Positions 37,430-51,818 of a stretch of DNA of 64,000 nucleotides are shown here, piece by piece. A program made the position numbers and the translations under genes. Source of the stretch: Octopus vulgaris (taxonomy: Eukaryota); the NCBI GenBank assembly GCA_951406725.2, contig OX597827.1, positions 39,246,001 to 39,310,000 of the forward strand, written 5' to 3'. Under the pieces are notes generated by a model. The model was not told where the DNA came from, ran no database searches, and was given only the letters and a program-made list of their open reading frames with translations. Position 1 is the first letter of the stretch, and each line of letters begins with the position of its first letter.

Positions 37430-40111
37430 AAATAGACCATAACTTAGGAAAGTACCACATTTAATAGCATATAAGATGTACTTTTTACAAAAAATAGTCT
37501 AAAAAAAATCATTCTGGGTCCTCTGAAGTTTGGCCTATATTATATGTTTTAATGTTCCAAAAAACCATTTTTCTGAATATGCATTGTTGAAATTGGGTTG
37601 TGTCTAATATACCTGTATGTCTTTTATGCTGTCAAATATAGTATTCAATAAATTATAGTAGCAGAGTGTTTATATGTACATGATGCCTTTGTTGATGCAA
37701 TTACAGCTCTATATTTGTTGTCTTTCTCCAACTGGGAAGGACGTTTACAGTTGTTTCAAATGAAATTTATTCACATGTGTCACTCAGTACATCATTCTCA
37801 ACTAAATATATGCATACACAGAAGGAATATAAAAAGCAAAGATGGTTCCAGTAAGATTTGAATTCAGAAAGTAAAGCAACATAGCTAAATATCAAAATGC
37901 ATTTTGTTTGCCTCTCTAGCAAGCTTGCAAATTCGTTAATCACCTGATAATTATAATAGTAAGAATTCCTAACATAAACATAAAGTCACAAATAAAAGGA
38001 GAAGAGCTCACGTAATTAAATGAACCATAGTAATTAACTGGTACTTACATGTTGACCTTGGAAATATGAAAGGCAAAGTTTGCCTTGGTGGTATTTAGAC
38101 TTAGAAAGTAGATGAATGGGCATTTTTTAATTCAGTGCTCTATAAATTATTCCATCCTTCTGATTATGGTGATGATGATGATGATGATGATGGTAAAAAT
38201 AATGATAATAAAACCTTCTTACTAAAGGCACAATGCCTGAAATTTGAGGTGAGGGCACTAGTTGATTACACTGACCTCAGTGTTTCACTGGTATTTAATT
38301 TAATTTAATTAATTTAATTTATTGAAAGGATGAACGGTAAAGTCAACCTTGCTGGGATTTGAACTCAGAATGTAACGACAGATGATATGTTGCTAAGCAT
38401 TTTGCCCAGCATGCTAACAGTTCTGCCAGTTCATCGCCTTAATAATAATGATAATAATATGAAAATTACAACTGTTGTTTCTAATTTAGGCACAAGGACA
38501 GCAGTTTTGAGGAGAAGGGGTTAGTTGTTACCATCAACCCCAGTACTTGACTGGTACTTTATTTTATCAAACCCCACAGGGATGAAAGGCAAACTAAACT
38601 TAGAGAGCAGGAAGAAATATTGGTTTCAAATAAGGCAGTTTTAGGGGAGGGGTAAGTCAATTACATCAACCCCAGTGCACAACTGGTATTTATTTTATTG
38701 ATCCCAAAAGGATAAAAGGCAAAATCAAGATCAATAGAATTTGAACTGAGAACATAAAGATGGACAAAATACCAGTAAGCATTTTGGCCATTTGCTAATG
38801 ATACTGCCACCTTGCTACTTTAAAGTAGAAATATTCTTTTCTGCTCTAGGCACAAGACCCAAAATTTTGGGAAGGGGTGGGGGCAATCGATTAGATCGAC
38901 CCCAGTGTGCAACTGGTACTCAATTTATTAACCCCAAAAGAATGAAAGGCAAAGTTGACCTCAGTGATTCTGCCAGTTCACCAATAATGATAATAAAAGA
39001 TTCCTTACATGAAGTGGAAACAAGTAGCAATCAGTCAATTTAGCCAACTGTTTCTCTACCTGATCCCACTCCATTTATCTGAAGTTTTTGCATCGTATCT
39101 TAATTAGAAATCATCATCATCATCATCAACATCCTCATCATCATCATCAACATAACCAGTAACATCATCACTACATGAAAGTGTTTCATTAACTTTTAAC
39201 ATGAGAAAACAACAGAATTTTGTCCAAGACTGCAGAAGGAAGAGACATTTTGTTTAGGAAAATACAGTCACATCATAGTAACAGTTGCATGCCATGCTGA
39301 ACAAATTTGGAAGTATTGTTAATTTCTTTTTTTAGTACAACATCAGCAATAACAACAGAAACAACAACAACAACTACTCATGGGCAGCATCAGCAGCAAG
39401 ATCATTAAACAGATTTAAACCAATGATTAATTAATTAATCAAACCAAAAACTAACCTGCAATCAATTTCTGACCAATGTTTAGTCTGTGGCTCAGAAATC
39501 TTGCTGACCTTTTCCCTCGACGGAGCAAATGTCGTCCCACTGGAACAAAGAATTGGCTGCAGGCAATGGACTACTATGTTTGCAAAGAAATTGGCGGAAC
39601 AAACCGCTGAGTAAAGAAATCAAACAAACAAGCCAACAAACCAACCAGCCAACTGACCAAGCAACGAATTAACCAATCAAAATATAGCAAAACAATTTTG
39701 TTTAATTTTAGAAAATAATTTTTGCTTTTGTTTTAATATAAGATGATGGTTAACCGTTTCATGTCTAGAATAACTGGACACTATAACACTATAATTAATT
39801 GTTACACTGTAGTTAATTAGCAAGTCTTTTAGGATCTTAAAGATTGATTGGACTTTTAATCTCATCTTTTAAGTATTTCAAACAGGTGTCATTTTCCCTA
39901 GTGGCTGCAGTTTTTACTAGGGAGATAATTATTTCTTCATAATATTTGGTGGGATTAGAAATCTGAATTTGAAATTAAGGAATTATTAATCTAAAAGATG
40001 CAAAATCTTCTAGTTGGTGATAATTTTGTATAATATTATTTCATCCTTTTTACACTAAATCAATGATTATCAGTAGTGTAAATGGTCACTTGTGGTAGTA
40101 AATTGACTGAG

Positions 40112-40224
<113 letters not shown>

Positions 40225-40904
40225 CCATATTTTACTTTGCATTGTGTATTTTGGAAAGTTTTGTAACAAATAGAACCATAACATAGCCTTTCTATTGATT
40301 AAAACCATGAAAGACAGAAGATATTTGCTACCAAACTCTTTGGATGAAAATGATGGAATCTATGATAAAAATTTCTATTTAAAGCTGTTTTCCATTTATT
40401 TTAATTTTCAGTTTGAAAATTCATATTGATATAAGAAATAAAAGTTTTATTTCAATAAAAATTGGCAAAGCAATATTTTTTTATTGATTCAAGGTAAAAT
40501 TTCAGTTTTTTGCTTGTTTATAAAATATTTATAAGAATTCTGAATTTTTATTTTATTTTAAACTTTTAATTTCTAAAAATTTAATATTTTTTTCTTAGTC
40601 CTCATTTTTGATTTATGTACATAAAAACAAAACTGTATTTTTAGATTTTAACAATTTGAAATTTCCCAGAACCCAACAACTAAAATCAAGAAGATCCAGG
40701 AGAACAAAAAACTCCTGGTCACTGCTTCTATTAATTAATAATGACAAAAACACAAATGATGAGATTTGTTAGTCCAAGCAATTTTTACCATCCTACTGAC
40801 AGCTCATCTCTGAAATATAGAAATCTTATGAACATCAGAAGAAACTAGAAAATCAGTTTGTCTCTATCCCTTAGAAACCTTGTATTTATTAATGTTTCAC
40901 CTAT

Positions 40905-41081
40905 TACTGTATTTGATGGTTTATAAGGTGCCTAAACTTGTAAGACACACCTTTAATTTTGGTGGGCTCTTTCTCACACCACAAACTGTCAGTAACCTAA
41001 AACCCAATGCAGGCTAATTTCCTGGAACATATTTAAAAAAAATACAAACAAAAAGCACCTTATAAGTCGTCAAATATAGTA
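40905..41081. mobile_element. TA-flanked MITE (Tc1/mariner superfamily); related copy near 37452-37642
   Basis: ~27-bp TIRs tactgtatttgatggtttataaggtgc / gcaccttataagtcgtcaaatatagta. Confidence 0.7.
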
Positions 41082-42275
41082 GTTTTATAATACAAGTTGG
41101 GAACACAATTACAAATAGTCTTAGTAGCCATTATGTAGTGCTATCAGCAGCTGTTGTTGTGAAAGGGTTAAATCAAATACACCAGTAGCAGGGTTTACAG
41201 TTAGAAGTTGTGTAGTTATAGTAATGACATTACTCCTAGTGTAGAAGGGTCAACACACTGGCTGCAGGTTTCACAGTTAAATAAGTTATTATATGTAGCA
41301 ATAGTAGTGGAGTGTCCATCAATCAGTAAGTTACGAGCTGTGATATGGTTAACTTCAGTTGCAGTTTATAAGCAAACTAGAGGCAGCAGTAGTAGTTGAT
41401 GTAGTAACAGCTATCACGCAGTGTTACAAAGTGGTGTTCTAAGGTTTGCGAAAAAATTCAAGCCATACTGTCTTCTGTAGACCACATGAAAGATGCAGAA
41501 CAGTTAAAAATGAACAGGAATTCAAAAGTAGTGATAACAGGGTGATTAACAAGTGAAAGAAATCACTCTGGTAATTAGGTTTAATGAAACAGTTAAAAGT
41601 TATAATAAAATAAAGGATGAAATAAATTCAATGCAGTTGATTAGTTAAGATGCTGGACTAGTTACTAAGCCTAATCATGTATGTATTCAGAACACTATTA
41701 CAATCACTGTGTGTGAGTGTGTGTGTATGTGTGTGTGTGTAAAGGAAGTGGGGGTGATGAGGTGATGACTTAAGAAACCACGGTCATGTGGGAACTATTA
41801 TACTTAATGTATACTTAATGAAAATTACTTCTTCAGTATTAAGAACAATCATTATCTAATTCTGGTCATGAAAAAGAGAAAAAAAAAGGCTGGGGAGTCA
41901 ACCGTTGCTGAAATTTAATTAATCAAACGTAATCAAAATTAATCAAATATGGAATAGTCCATTTATATATCTAAAAATCTGACTAATGTTTGATCTTTAG
42001 ATTTATAAAACATTATCTTGTGAGGGAACCTGTATGTAGTCACTTGATTTGTGTGCTATAATTAGCAGCCACATTTCCTTCATATTACACCTTACCTTCT
42101 TAGGAAAAGAAAGGTTACATTAAGTAACACAAGGATGGTCATGACTGGAATACCTTTGGTCATCGGTCTGCTAGATCAGGACTGACTTGGCTACTAAACT
42201 ATAACAGTGTATTATTTTACATCCCCCTCTCACACATCAATATCATAATTGTCCTCATCACTAGGAACTAAGAAT

Positions 42276-42491
42276 ATTCTTTTCTACACTAGGCACAAGG
42301 CCCGAAATTTTTGGGGTGGGGGCAGTCGATTAGATCAACCCCAGTATGCAACTGGTAGTAAATTTATTGACCCCAAAAGGATGAAAGGCAAAGTTGACCT
42401 TGGCAGGATTTGAACTCATAACATAAAGACAGATGAAATACTGCTAAGCATTTCACCCAGCGTGCTAACGTTTCTGCCAGCTTGCCGCCTT
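42276..42491 (-). mobile_element. SINE family D (CORE-like); representative of many copies (12760, 16250, 23450, 25420, 38215, 38830, 48078)
   Basis: ggcacaaggcc...gaccccagt...aaaggatgaaaggcaaagttgacc...tttgaactcag...ctgccagct; the reverse strand has a tRNA-like head. Confidence 0.8.
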
Positions 42492-42556
42492 AGGAACCAA
42501 GAATATTGCCCAACTAATGATTAATAGAGACAGAAGCAGTATCAATACCAAGAGGT

Positions 42557-43143
42557 AATCTTGATCTCCAACTTAACGTGGAGTATGTGTTAGATTATTA
42601 GAATCATCATCATCATCGTTTAACGTCCGCTTTCCATGCTAGCATGGGTTGGATAATTTCACTGAGGTCTGGCGAACCAGATGGCTGCAGCAGACTTCAA
42701 TCTGATCTGGCAGAGTTTCTACAGCTGGATGCCCTTCCTAACACCAACCACTCCAAGAGTGTAGTGGGTGCTTTTACGTGCCACCAGCACAAGGGCCAGT
42801 CAGGTGGTACTGGTAACAGCCACACTCAAATGATGCTTTTTATGTACCACCTGCACAGGAGCCAGTCCAGCGGCACTGGCAACGACCTCGCTAGAATCTC
42901 TCATAAGAACTTGTGGTGCATAAAAGCACTCAAATTATATCATTGACAGACAATATAACTAGCATGATGAAATCATGTGATCTATAAGTTCTGGTGATGA
43001 CAGCAAATGATTCTCATCTGTCAACAATATGATTTCGAGTGCTTTTATGCATCATGAGTCCTTACGAGAGATTCTCTCATGCCAAATAATGCAGTATTCT
43101 GTGGTCTAATATGATCCTCCATGTTAAGCTGGAGATCAAGATT
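42557..43143. mobile_element. Foldback MITE interrupted by a family B repeat (about 42605-42890)
   Basis: Outer IR aatcttgatctccaacttaacgtggag / ctccatgttaagctggagatcaagatt; inner IR 42893-42950 / 43017-43076. Confidence 0.75.
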
Positions 43144-43934
43144 GGTTGTTCAACTAGATGTCTGACAACTCTCACTTGCAATGTCTCCTTTATGCTCTGG
43201 TGTCAATTACTACGTCTTCATAGTCGGATCAGTACAAAAATGATTGAACGCTGTACTGAGACTAGATAAACACAATTGTTAAGGAATTGTCTGTGCATTG
43301 TGTCTTTGAGAAAGAACACTTTATTTCTCATTGCTCCAGTCGACTCAGCTGACAAAAATGTATTTTAAAGGACCAGCCTTTTCACTCAGTGTCATGCTGA
43401 ATCACCCTGAGAACTATGTTAAGAGTAAGCATGTTTGTAAAGTGCTCAGCCACTTGCACATTAATTACATGAGCAGGCTGTTTGATTGAATGTATCAACA
43501 ACAATACCAGTCATCATAACTGAAAGAGATCCAGGAGTTGAGCACACTACTGCATGACAGCAAAAAAAAAAAAACCCAATTGATTTCAATTGTTCAATTC
43601 TCAGTGGTGCCTACCTATAGCAATGAAATACCAGGGGCTGAGTGGTTTATATATATGGTCTGTGGGCTCAAATCAACTGAAGGTGTTTTCTCGTAGCTCA
43701 GAGCAAGACACTAAATTCTGCATGCCTGGTTGTCCAGTTCTTTACTGACACAGCCATCTGATGCTTGCTTTATAAGCAGTGATGGGCTGAAACTTGGCTC
43801 TTAAACACTACCAATGAAGAGATTATATATAATGTTACATATGTCATCTCACTGAACTCTACAACATATAGGGTGATTAACGGACCTGAAAATCCTTGGC
43901 TCCCACCCTGATATATATATATATATATATATAA

Positions 43935-44212
43935 ACAACTTATAAACAAGGGCAAAAGAAAGTTATTTCCATGCCAATATGCTGATAACAGACTATTAAA
44001 TCGTCAATTTCCACATATTATATACCGACTACAGAAATATGTTGTGCTGAAATCGAGGAAAGCCAGTCAGATTCTGTTGACTTTCTTTCCTTGATTTCAG
44101 CACAACGTATTTCGGTAGTGGGTATATAATATGTGGAAATTGACGATTTAAAAGTCTGTTATCAGCATATTGGCATGGAAATAATTTTCTTTTGCCCTTG
44201 TTTATAAGTTGT
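43935..44212. repeat. Long inverted repeat, ~128-bp arms, ~22-nt spacer
   Basis: acaacttataaacaagggcaaaagaaa... / ...tttcttttgcccttgtttataagttgt with few mismatches. Confidence 0.92.
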
Positions 44213-44663
44213 ATATAATTTTAACCTTTAAAGGTATTTTAATATGCTGCCACTTTTTGATGAAATTTTTTTCTGTAAAAAACTTCATCCTATATTAGTA
44301 GTAGTATATATCTATCAATCTATATATATATATGCAAAGTATTCACCCTATATCTTTAAATTAACAATGTAAGTCATACCCAATACTTAAAGGCTATCTC
44401 CATCAAATTAAATATATATATATATATACATGCACACACACACATGTTGAGGAAATTATATATTTGTGTGTATATACAAACATATATGTATGTGTGTGCA
44501 TTTATATATATGCATACATATATACATACATACAAATACACAAATATATCTATATAAACGTATACATCTATAGTACACACACTTATAAAAATAGACATAT
44601 ATATATATATATTGAGAAAAACGTGTTTTAAATCTCTGAGTGAGATATATACAGTATTTGGTA

Positions 44664-44708
<45 letters not shown>

Positions 44709-46229
44709 CACACACACATATACATATATATATATTAAACTACCTTATAATTGCCTTCAAGTTTTGAGTGGGTATTAGGGTTAAAAAAAAAACACTGTGA
44801 AATAAAGCACCTGGGTTCTTCAACAGGTTGTGCATATATTAGAATTTGCAGAACCATCAAACACATGCCAGTATTAGCAACAAAAGTAATACGATACAAT
44901 AAAAAAAAACCTTCCCACTCCAAGCTGTATGTATTAGGAGTGTCATATGTAAGGTAACACTCAACATAGTATTCATGTTTAAATCCTGTGTTGCTTATGA
45001 GACATCCATTAGTAGCCAGATAAAAAAATAACAGTAAATAAAAATTAATGAAAAATAGAAATAAAAGAAAGATAGTTGAAATAGAAATATATCACTATAT
45101 ATATGTATATATGAATGGGTTGCAACTCATTGTATATGTATTTATAAAAGGGCACTATCATGGGTGAGTGACAAGTACTTTATATTGGTCCTATCAAGAA
45201 GGTTCAAACAGAAGAAGAAAGAAATACCATAGTCCAGTATATTCCAAGATACACCATTAGACAAAAATTTTTTTTAAATAAGTAAAAATATATAAACATA
45301 GAACAGCAATTTTAGGTGTATTTTATGCAATTGAATACTTGACAGAATACTGTAGATGGGAATATAATAAATGTTAAATGAGAACAAGAAGAAGAGAAGG
45401 CAACATGTGGTAAAGGAAAGTGGAAGGAGAATATGACATGTGGTAAGTGAATGTGAGGCTGAAGATGATAACATGTGGTGAAATAGATTGGGAAGAGAGG
45501 ATGAGTAGTAAATAAGAGGTGGAGATGAGAACATGTGGTAAAATGAGAGTAGGAGGTGGGTTAGGGTAACATGTGGTTCAAGTGGGGACAGTTGGCATAA
45601 GGGAGTGATGTACAACAATTAGTAAAAGAGATTGTGAGGCGACGAGAGACAAGAAATGGTAAAAAAAACACGCACAAAAAAAGTTCAAGGTAGATGACAA
45701 CATGTGGCAAAAGTGAGTGAGAGAGGTGATGACAATAATTGGTCAAAAGATTAAGAGGAACTGGGATAACATGTAGTAAGAGAGAATAGGGGAGAAGATG
45801 GCAACAAGTGGTAAATGAGGGTAGGTAAAAAAAGGAGGTGATATATATATATATATATATATATACATATCTTTTATGTTGGGGCACCACCTTGAAGGGA
45901 CAGCTCAATCCCAATACTTACTTTAAAGTCTGGTAATTGTTCTATTGGTCTCTTTGCTGAACTGCTAAGTTACAAGGCTGTTAAACAAACCAACACTGTT
46001 GTCAAGTGGTGGTGAGGGACAGTCACAACAGAAATACAAAGATACACACATAGATATATACATTTATATACAACGGTCTTTGTTTTTTCAAGGCTTTGGT
46101 TCAAGACACTTGCCCAAGGTGCTGTACAGTGGGACTGAACCCAAAACCACATTGCAGGAAAGCAAGCTTCTTACCCACACAGCCATGACTGCATCTAACC
46201 ATAGCTGCTCTGACACACACAGGATTCTT

Positions 46230-46483
46230 TTATTATTCTTTTACTTGTTTCAGTCATTTGACTGTGGCCATGCTGAAGCACTGTCTTCAGTCGGACAAAT
46301 CAACCCCAGAACTTGTTCTTTGTAAGCCTAGTACTTATTCTATTGGTCTCTCTTGCTGAACCACTAAGTTATGGGGACGTAAACACACCAAAATTGGTTG
46401 TCAAGTGATGGTGTGGGGACAAATACAGACACACACACACACAAATATATATATATATACATATATATACACATATACACACA

Positions 46484-46566
<83 letters not shown>

Positions 46567-46697
46567 CAGGCTTCTTTCAGTTTCCGTCTACCAAATCCAC
46601 TCACCAGGCTTTGGTTGGTCCGAGACTATAGAAGACACTTGCCCAAAGTGCCATGCTGCAGGACTGAACCCAGAACCATGTGGTTGGGAAGCAGGCT
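46230..46697 (-). mobile_element. SINE family A (a second degraded copy lies at about 45880-46190)
   Basis: Reverse-complement match to 61765-62178 with an internal (TA)n expansion. Confidence 0.8.
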
Positions 46698-47169
46698 TCT
46701 TACCACACAGCCACATCTGGATCAGTCCTGACCAAACAGACATTTGATCAAAGACTTCCAGCCATGACCATCCTGTTTTTTTTTCTTTTTAGCTAAAGTG
46801 GCCTAGTGGTTAGAGTGTAGCACTCATGACTTTATGAGCATGGTTTCCATTTCCAGACCAGGTGATGCATTGCATTCTTCAAAATGCTTTGCTTTATGTT
46901 GTTCCAGTCTGCTTAGGTGTAAATAAATCCCAGCAACATCTGAGACGTTAACCCTACAATGGACTGGTGTCCCATTTAGTGGGGAGTGTTGTAATCTCAG
47001 TAACTGATATACCATGGAGACTGGGTTAAGCCCTAACCTTTTAAGTTTTAGGACTCAGGACAGACCCAAGCCTAAGCTAGATTATCCTTTCATTTTTAAG
47101 ATGATAGAAAGATATGAGGGAGATTTGGCTGGTATTTCTAGCAGGTAGAATGACCACATAGGGGCTTTT

Positions 47170-47688
47170 AAGATATCTGAAGAGGAGGAGATGATAAAAG
47201 AAGTGGTAGAAGTGAGCATGAGAGAAGATGATAATATCTGATAAAAGAGACTGAGGTAAGATATGACAAGTGATAAGAAAGATTGATGGAGAAGAAATGG
47301 TTAAAAATAAAAAGTGATGGAGGAAGTGGTGATGCAAGTGGTAGAAAGGATGGAAGGAGGAGGTGACACAAAGTGGTAAAAGGAGGTGAGGGAGGAGGAG
47401 ATAGAAGTAGTAAAAGGTGAGGGGGGAAATGGTAGAAATGGTAAAAGGGAATAAGTGGGAGGATGTGACATAAAGTGATAAAAGGGTGAGGGTGGAGATG
47501 ACAGAAATGGTAAAAGTGGTTGAGGGAGGAGGAGATGACAAGAAGTGGTAGAAAGAGAGAGGAAGAAGATAGCAGTGGGAGGAGGTGACAAATAATGGTA
47601 AAGAGAGTGAGGGAGGAGATAACAGAAACTGTAAAAATGGTCAAGGGGGAGGCAATGAGTGGAGGAAGAAATGGTAGAAAAGAAGAAT
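47170..47688. repeat. Degenerate purine-rich minisatellite (~32-bp unit); related tract at 45385-45840
   Basis: Recurrent ggtaaaag...gagggaggagatgaca...agtggta units. Confidence 0.75.
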
Positions 47689-47695
47689 CACTTAC

Positions 47696-47789
47696 CATCT
47701 GTGTGCCGGAGTAACAAATAAAGCAAGACAAATGTGGTTGGAAGGGCAACAAAAAGAGCGAGTTTTCCTGTGATTGTTATGTCAAACAT
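47696..47789 (-). CDS. TDRKH: TDRKH-like first coding exon, N-terminal hydrophobic anchor (whole exon 47696-47937 with 5' UTR)
   Basis: ATG in acaaccATG context with an in-frame TAA 9 nt upstream; MFDITITGKLALFVALPTTFVLLYLLLRHTD; donor G|gtaagt phase 1; acceptor ttttcag at 47938-47939. TDRKH/Papi proteins have an N-terminal mitochondrial TM anchor. Confidence 0.87.
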
Positions 47790-48300
47790 GGTTGTTGGTT
47801 ATTGCGTCGTTGAATGCTGGTAATATATATATACTTTGTTGTCAGCAGTCAGGGGGAGATAAATTTTCACTGGCTGCTGTTAGACTTCTTACTTATTTAA
47901 TTTCTTCTCTTGTTTTATATTTAACGCTCGAAATGACCTGAAAATTTTGCACATGTGCAAAAGAAAAAAGAAGAAAAAAGAACCATTGTTAATTAATGTT
48001 AATTAATTAGTTAAAATATTGATGGTAGATGCAGCAGTAGCAGGAACACAGTAGTGAAAATAAAAAAAAATAATATCCCTTTCTACTTAAGGCACAAGAC
48101 CTGAAATTTTGTGGGTACATCAACCCCAGTGTTTCACTGGTACTTAATTTATCGACTCTGAAAGGATGAAAAGCAAAGTCAACCTCAGTGGAATTTGAAC
48201 TCAGAATGTGCAGACAGATGAAATACTGTTAAGCATTTTGCCTGGCATGCTAACACTTATGCCAGCTCACCACCGTGATAATAATAATAATAATAATGAA

Positions 48301-48347
<47 letters not shown>

Positions 48348-48948
48348 TAATAATAATAATAATAACAACAATGATGATGATGATGATGATGACAATGATA
48401 ATTTCAAGCTAGTGATTTTGAGGGAGTGTATCAATTACATTGACCCCAGTGGTCAACTGGTACTTCTTTTATAAACCCTGAATATAGTGCCCTGGCAGCC
48501 AACAACTGGTGCAGTAATCCTAGCAGAGTTTAATGCAAATAATAAAGTCTAAATAAGATGAAAATTAGAAGAACAAATGAATATCATTTTAAATAAATGA
48601 AGCTTTATTTCTTTAGGTTTGGAACTGAAATCCCATCAGGGTAGAATATTGAATTTTACTTTTATCTTTTCATGCATCATTTATCATCCTAATTTTTAAC
48701 ATACTTTCCTGTGCTTACAAAGGTCAAACAAAATTTGTCGAGGTGGATTTTTGATGGCTGGATGTCCTTCCAATTGCCAACTCACACCTGTTTCCAAGTA
48801 AGGTAATATTTCCTCATGTTTTTCCCAATATTTTCTCAGACATGTTTCCATAGAAGTTTGGAAACCAAGATCACCATTTACATGATGGTAACACTCATTT
48901 ACAACAAACATGCAACAACAAGACACAGTAACGCTCACACATGCATGC

Positions 48949-48979
<31 letters not shown>

Positions 48980-49060
48980 TGTGTGTAATTTTTGGAATAA
49001 TGGGTATATTTAAATTGGTATATGTGAAGAGTATATCTGAAGGCGCAATAGTTGGTATAT

Positions 49061-49395
49061 GTGAAGGTGCATGGCTCAGTGGTTAGAGCGTCAAGCTCAC
49101 AATCATGAGGTTGTGAGTTCAAATCCCGGACCGGGCTGTGTTGTATTCTTGAGCAAGACACTTTATTTCATGATGCTCCAGTTCACTCAGCGGTAGAGAC
49201 GAGTTGCGATGTCACATGTGCCAAGCCGTATCGGCCTTTGCCTTTCTCTTGGATAACACTGGTGGCATGGAGAGGGGAGGCCAGTATGCATGGGTGACTG
49301 CTGGTCTTCCATAAACATCATTGCCCGGACTTGTACATAGGAGGGTAACTTTCTAGGTGCAATCCCATGGTCAGTCATGACCGAAGGGGGTCTCA
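49061..49395 (+). mobile_element. SINE family C
   Basis: tggctcagtggttagagcg...gagttcaaatccc head; matches the 12231 copy. Confidence 0.82.
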
Positions 49396-49769
49396 GCAAG
49401 GGTATATGTCAATTAGGGTGTTGATGTGTTGAGTAAAACCCTAGCACAGTTTGGGCTACCTGGTGTTATTTGCAGTTAGGGTATATTTCTGTTGGATCTC
49501 CTTCAGGAATTCCGCAGTATTAGTTAAGATAATAATCAATTAAGGAAACAGAAGATGGATTTGCTATTAGTCTTTATTCTGTACGATGATTGTTTCTATC
49601 CATCCTGTGATTGTCCTTTATGGGTGGGATGTTGTACATCCTATTGTGTTACATCAATGTTTGCAGTCTCGTTCACATCAGGTACATGCATACATAAAGT
49701 GGTGTCCACTAGGAATATTGAATTCAGGCAGCCATGTTGGTATTTGCATGCTTTACTACCAAGTAGGGC

Positions 49770-50057
49770 AAGTCACCTGGAATTTGCATTACTGGTCTGG
49801 AACCCCTATCTTGCCCAGGATATTAATCATCTGGAAACCGCTCAGTGATGTGCAACCAAGAGAATACCCTCCACCAGGCATTTGCCATATTCTGAACGCC
49901 TTACTTCCCTGGGCATGGATACATTGAAACTCCAAAGTCTGGCAGCTGACTTGGCAGACACACATAACGTTATTAACCATCTTACAAACAATAACTCTGA
50001 GCACCTTTTCAAACTCCACCTGTCTAACACCTGTGGACATGTTTACAAAGTCAGAAA
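49770..50057 (+). mobile_element. CR1-like LINE ORF2 3' fragment
   Basis: VWNPYLAQDINHLETAQ*CATKRIP...LPYSERLTSLGMDTLKLQSLAADL...GHVYKV. Confidence 0.85.
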
Positions 50058-51124
50058 ATCTATCAAATCCACTGACAAGACTTTGTCCAGCCTGAGGCTG
50101 TAGTAGAAGATGCTTGTCCAAGGTGCCACAAAATAGGACTGAACACAGAACCATGCAGTTGGGAAGCACACTTCTTACAATACAGCCACACTTGCACCTA
50201 TGTCAGAAAAAATTAATATTAATATTATTGTCCATGGTTCAATTGTTTCACACATGAAAAAACATTAATGTATTTGTGTAAGAAATCTCATTATGGTGAC
50301 TACATACACATGCACAGACACAGATACACACGGACACAGAGACACACACACACACACAGATAAAATTATTGGACTGGATTGGATTGCCTATATTCAGTTC
50401 CTTGCAGGACGAAAACCTCAGCAGGTTCTCTCCACTAACTACAGTCTGATGCAGAGGCTGTGAATTTGCACTTGAGATCATACTGGTTTGATGAGCCTAC
50501 TCTACCACACTGCCTTGACATGAATTGGTAGAAGGGGAGCAGCTCGTTTTGCTCCTACCTAGGAGTAAAGTTGATTACATTGACCCCTGTGTTCAACTGG
50601 AACTTATTTTGTCGACTCCGAAAGGATGAAAGACAAAGATGACCTCGGTGGAATTTGAACTCAGAATGTAAGGATGGACAAAAATACCACCAACGATTCT
50701 GCTAACTCACTACCTCTACAAATTATAACAGATACAATACTGCACAGATGTTTGTAGAAATATTTGTAAGTCTTTAAGACAATCATCTGATCGATATTGA
50801 ACTTAGAACTCATTAAATAAAATATCATGTGTTTAAAGAAAAACGGCATTGTAGGTTATATATTTACATCACTTTCTTTGAAGTTCAATAAGAAAACGTT
50901 CATCGTTTATTGATTTATGCTCTTGCTACTTAAAAATAGTATACTACGATGATTGCTGTTATTGCTATTATTTTTGGTTGTTTCTGCTTTTCTTTGTATT
51001 TTGTCGATTGTTCTTGTTAAAAGACAGCCACTAAAAACACTGCTCGTAATGTTGGTGTTTTATTATCAATCTTGTATGAGAGACAGTTTCAGCTAATCAA
51101 TGCCAAGTGTACAGATTGATTTTC

Positions 51125-51126
<2 letters not shown>

Positions 51127-51166
<40 letters not shown>

Positions 51167-51522
51167 CACACACACACACTGTGTGCGCATGCATGCACAC
51201 ACACACACTCACATATGTACACATATACAACATACATGTACACAACCACATGCACACACAAACGTACACACACATGTAAAACACACATGTACACACATGC
51301 ACTCACACAAATGTACACATCCACACGTGCATGTACATATGCACACACACACATGTACACACATATGTACACAGACACACACATGTACATCACTCACGCA
51401 CACACACATGTACACACACATGTGTACACACACACACGTGTACACACACACATATACACACACATGTACACACACACATATACTCATACACACAGAAGCA
51501 TGCACACACACACATACACACA
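51127..51522. repeat. Compound (CA)n / cacatgtaca microsatellite tract
   Basis: Directly visible; source of the HT/CV-rich spurious ORFs. Confidence 0.9.
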
Positions 51523-51781
51523 AATCCAAACAAACAAAAAGGACACAAGTTGTTGGAGAAGTTACATATTTTTCGCATTTTACTGAAAAACCTACTTAAC
51601 TCATGAATCTAAAATAGCTGAATTCAGCATTACCATTATCCAAAGCATTATCATCACCATCAACATTATCACGATCATTATCATAATCATTATCCATATC
51701 AACATCATCTTCATCACCATTACTATCACAATCTGATTTACAACTAAGAAAAATAAATAGTAACACACTTTTCAGATATAC

Positions 51782-51818
<37 letters not shown>

